Shown here one piece after another: positions 61,101 through 64,000 of a stretch of 64,000 bases of DNA. Positions within the stretch are counted from its first letter, which is position 1. Every line of letters begins with the position of its first letter. The notes under the pieces were generated by a model. The model worked only from the letters and a program-made list of their open reading frames with translations. It was not told where the DNA came from and searched no databases. Origin of the DNA: Azolla caroliniana (lineage: Eukaryota; Plantae; Polypodiophyta); the NCBI GenBank assembly GCA_043228905.1, contig JBHGNT010000016.1, positions 4,154,001 to 4,218,000 of the forward strand, written 5' to 3'. Position numbers and translations under genes: made by a program.

Positions 61101-61900
61101 TCAACAACAGACATTGACAACCAGAACAACAATGTTTAGCCTAGACAACATAATATTTGTTGCTTGATTGGCTTCATATTTTGGGTCTAGTAGTTTATGT
61201 GTAACTTTAGGTCTTCTACCATATTGAAATCCCCAATGAGGATTATATGATTGAAATCCATTTGTGATCTGCATATCCAAGTCTTAGAGGAATTTGTGTT
61301 CGTGACATATTTGTGTACGGAAATTCAAGTTTGATATCGACAACCACGAGTCCAAATGGAGAAGATTAGTCTTATTATCCCTATAATAAATGGAGGACAT
61401 TTAAACAAGTATCTCATAAACCTTGATTGCTAGATATGGTTGTCCACGTAACCTTATTGTAAAACATTTTTACATTGCCCTAAAGACACCTGCAATATGC
61501 CTTAATTTCTTTGAGACAAAGAACGTCATATGCGCACTTGCTCCTATGAAGCTAGCTTTTTAGATTCTAAGCCCTATTGGATTGCATAATCTTTCACATT
61601 GTACGACATGGTATTCACATTAATATGGGTTTTGTGGTTTGATATGTTTTTATCCTTGTCCATTTATCAATGTTAGGGGCCATGTCAATGGATCTAGACC
61701 TCTTTTCAAATGAATCTCCTTCTCAATCAATTCCATTTTCTAGTTCCTTGCCTTTGGCAGCATTGTTAAGCTTCCTCATGGGGAAGGAAGACACGAGACT
61801 TAGTGGATTCAAAATGTACCTCATAGGCCTTATTCAAGTTTGACTCAGGTGTTGTACTTGCATAATTGTCCGCAACAACTTCCTCCACATTTTGTTATTG
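58200..61900 (-). mobile_element. Highly decayed retrotransposon-like internal region
   Basis: Purine-rich, coding-like minus strand with no long ORF; no motif is clear enough to assign a family. Confidence 0.3.
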
Positions 61901-62007
61901 GTGCCTAACAAAAGCCTTGGTTGATGTCACATGAGTTAGCCACGATATGCAAAGGAGAGTAGTAAGGAGATATAGGCAACATTCTATGTACAAACTAACT
62001 TCAAAGA

Positions 62008-62008
<1 letters not shown>

Positions 62009-62052
<44 letters not shown>

Positions 62053-62200
62053 CGTGCGTGCGTGTGTGCGTGTGTATCGGTGCCTAACATGAGTCTCACA
62101 TGAGTTAGCCATATGATATGCAAAGGAGAGTAGTAAGGAAATATAATCAGCATTCTTTCTATGTATAGACTCACTTCAAAGAGTGTGTGTGTGTGTGTGT
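62009..62200. repeat. (TG)n/(TGCG)n microsatellites within a short local duplication
   Basis: TG runs at 62009-62074 and ~62183-62200, each preceded by similar GATATGCAAAGGAGAGTAGTAAGGA...CTTCAAAGA sequence. Confidence 0.9.
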
Positions 62201-62358
62201 CTAATTGCTACATCTTTCAAGCATCATTTAAATTGAAGTATTTAGGTGAGTTCTAAAAGTTTCAACCTACTTTATACCTATAGAAAAAACTAATAAAGTA
62301 TATGCATAATGCATGGATGGTTAGCATAACATACGTGCACATAAATATTCAATTCATG

Positions 62359-62895
62359 TGTTGTGCCCCTAGATTATGGGGGTCTCAAAACAACAAGAAA
62401 ACACAGTTGGACACCAATTAGGACACAAGTCATAGTTATATCTCATTATGAATACACAAGCTTACAACCGTCCCAAATTGGAACAAACCACTCAAAGTTG
62501 GGACAAGTCGGGGTGAGTCAGGACAACTCCCCAAAACCACCGAAAGAAGGAGATAGCAAAATGATTAAACGCTCCTTAGAGCCAAGATGAGAATGAGAGA
62601 GTATGAGAGTGTGTGAGAGAATGGATCTCAGAAAATGGTGATATGGGAATGTTACAAATTAGGAGAAGCTCCTCCTTATATAGGCCAAATATGGCCATTG
62701 GATGAAACTAGTTGTTGGGGGGAGGGGGGTCTCTAGCCATTGGGACTAGTTAGGACTAGCCGTTGGGAGGTCTCCTTGGGACTGGGTTGTCCCAACCCAA
62801 GGTGACGCCTTCTTTGGGACTGGGACTGGTCCCCTTGGTGAGTTCCAACTTAGATTGGAATTGTGTCCCAGTTGGGATAACTCAGGGACACCACA
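62359..62895 (-). mobile_element. Solo LTR (537 bp)
   Basis: Termini TGTTGTGCCCC / GGGACACCACA, TSD TCATG on both sides, minus-strand CCTATATAAGG TATA box at ~62674-62684. Confidence 0.85.
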
Positions 62896-64000
62896 TCATG
62901 TGTAACAAACATATATATGCATGCATGGAAATCTAGAAGATTAATGATATTGCCCTAAAGAATGGGCCTATGTCACACTTCAATTCCTATAATGGTTTTT
63001 TGTTCTAAAATGAGAACGTGATTGTATGGTTTTCCATCATTTTTGGGAGGCTTATTACAAACTATTGAGACTTCTTAAAACCTCCTCCCTTTTTATAGAA
63101 AGTTTATTTTACATTGTCCTAGTTAAGGTTGTGGTTGGATGTATCCCATCATGTTTCGCATATGCCTTTAATGTCATGATTCCCAAATTTCTTCTATTTA
63201 ATATAGTTTTGAAGGTATCACAATAAATGAAGTGGGCTATGTACAATGTGGGGAAACTCGGTTAACATTGAAGCACAAGCTATGTATCTTACTCAATATA
63301 TAAGAGACATGTAAGTTTGTAACCAACATTATCTTGTATGGCTCTTTATTTCCTCATAATAATGTGTCTAAATGGAAAGGAAGAGAATATATGAGAGCAT
63401 AAAAACTACATGTGAAATCACGTGTGACACGTGCAGCTTCATGGGAGGTGTTAACATGTCACAGTTAATGAGATTTATTTGAGAAAGACTATATCATGTG
63501 CATAGTTAACATCCATGTGTTTCTTAATGTTCTCGGAGAAAGCTATTGAATACCATCAAATTGTGTAATGTTGTAATGGCCTTACCCTATCACATTATGT
63601 CAATGTTATATATGCCACTCATGATCATGTAACCAATGGTAAAATGCAAAATACAATATGGACAGTGGACACCTCATTTTTGCCATAATTAGGTTTCAAT
63701 CATAACTTTGGTTTTGAAGTATTACTTGGCACCTTTCATGTCGTACAATCACCAAACTTTATTTTGAGAATTTGTCTTTTTCATCCTCCCTCACTCAAAC
63801 ATAATAGTAACAAGTGTCATGTTGTGGATAGAATACAAACATTAAATGGAAAGCGTAGATAGATCAAGAATTCACAAATGCATGGCAATGTGACACCAAA
63901 TATACTACTTTTGTTTGCCATCATTTGAAAACTACTCTCACATCGTTCATAATGATTGCGGTTTAAAAAGGCCATATTTTGTCCGTGTTCAACCTAATAG

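Noticed and set aside
55680-64000. Host protein-coding genes in the right end
   Set aside because: Only short AT-rich ORFs with no recognisable domains or exon structure.

Overview
Gene-free, eukaryotic (land-plant, probably non-seed plant such as a moss or fern; inferred from element families) heterochromatin-like window made almost entirely of nested transposable elements. Left: a Sola2-like DDD DNA transposon (minus strand, intron-containing, 146-bp satellite in one intron) sits in a LINE and is itself interrupted in its HGKGxxDG motif by a full-length Tork-like Copia (395-5706, TSD CATGT). Centre: an L1-type LINE is split by a minus-strand Copia (16220-47231, TSD GTTTT). That Copia hosts four members of a tRNA-Trp-primed Gypsy family (C, D, and the gag-only E and F) and an unusual Gypsy (G, 32738-42536). 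G has two 420-bp LTRs in inverted orientation and a tRNA-Arg 3'-end sequence where the polypurine tract should be. Right: a hAT transposon, LINE fragments, tandem repeats, a degraded retroelement and a solo LTR. The most striking signals are element G's priming site and architecture, a -1 frameshift pseudoknot between protease and RT in D, CG-centred 4-bp target sites, antisense Pol III A/B boxes in LTRs, and gag-only elements with a conserved Trp-rich tail.
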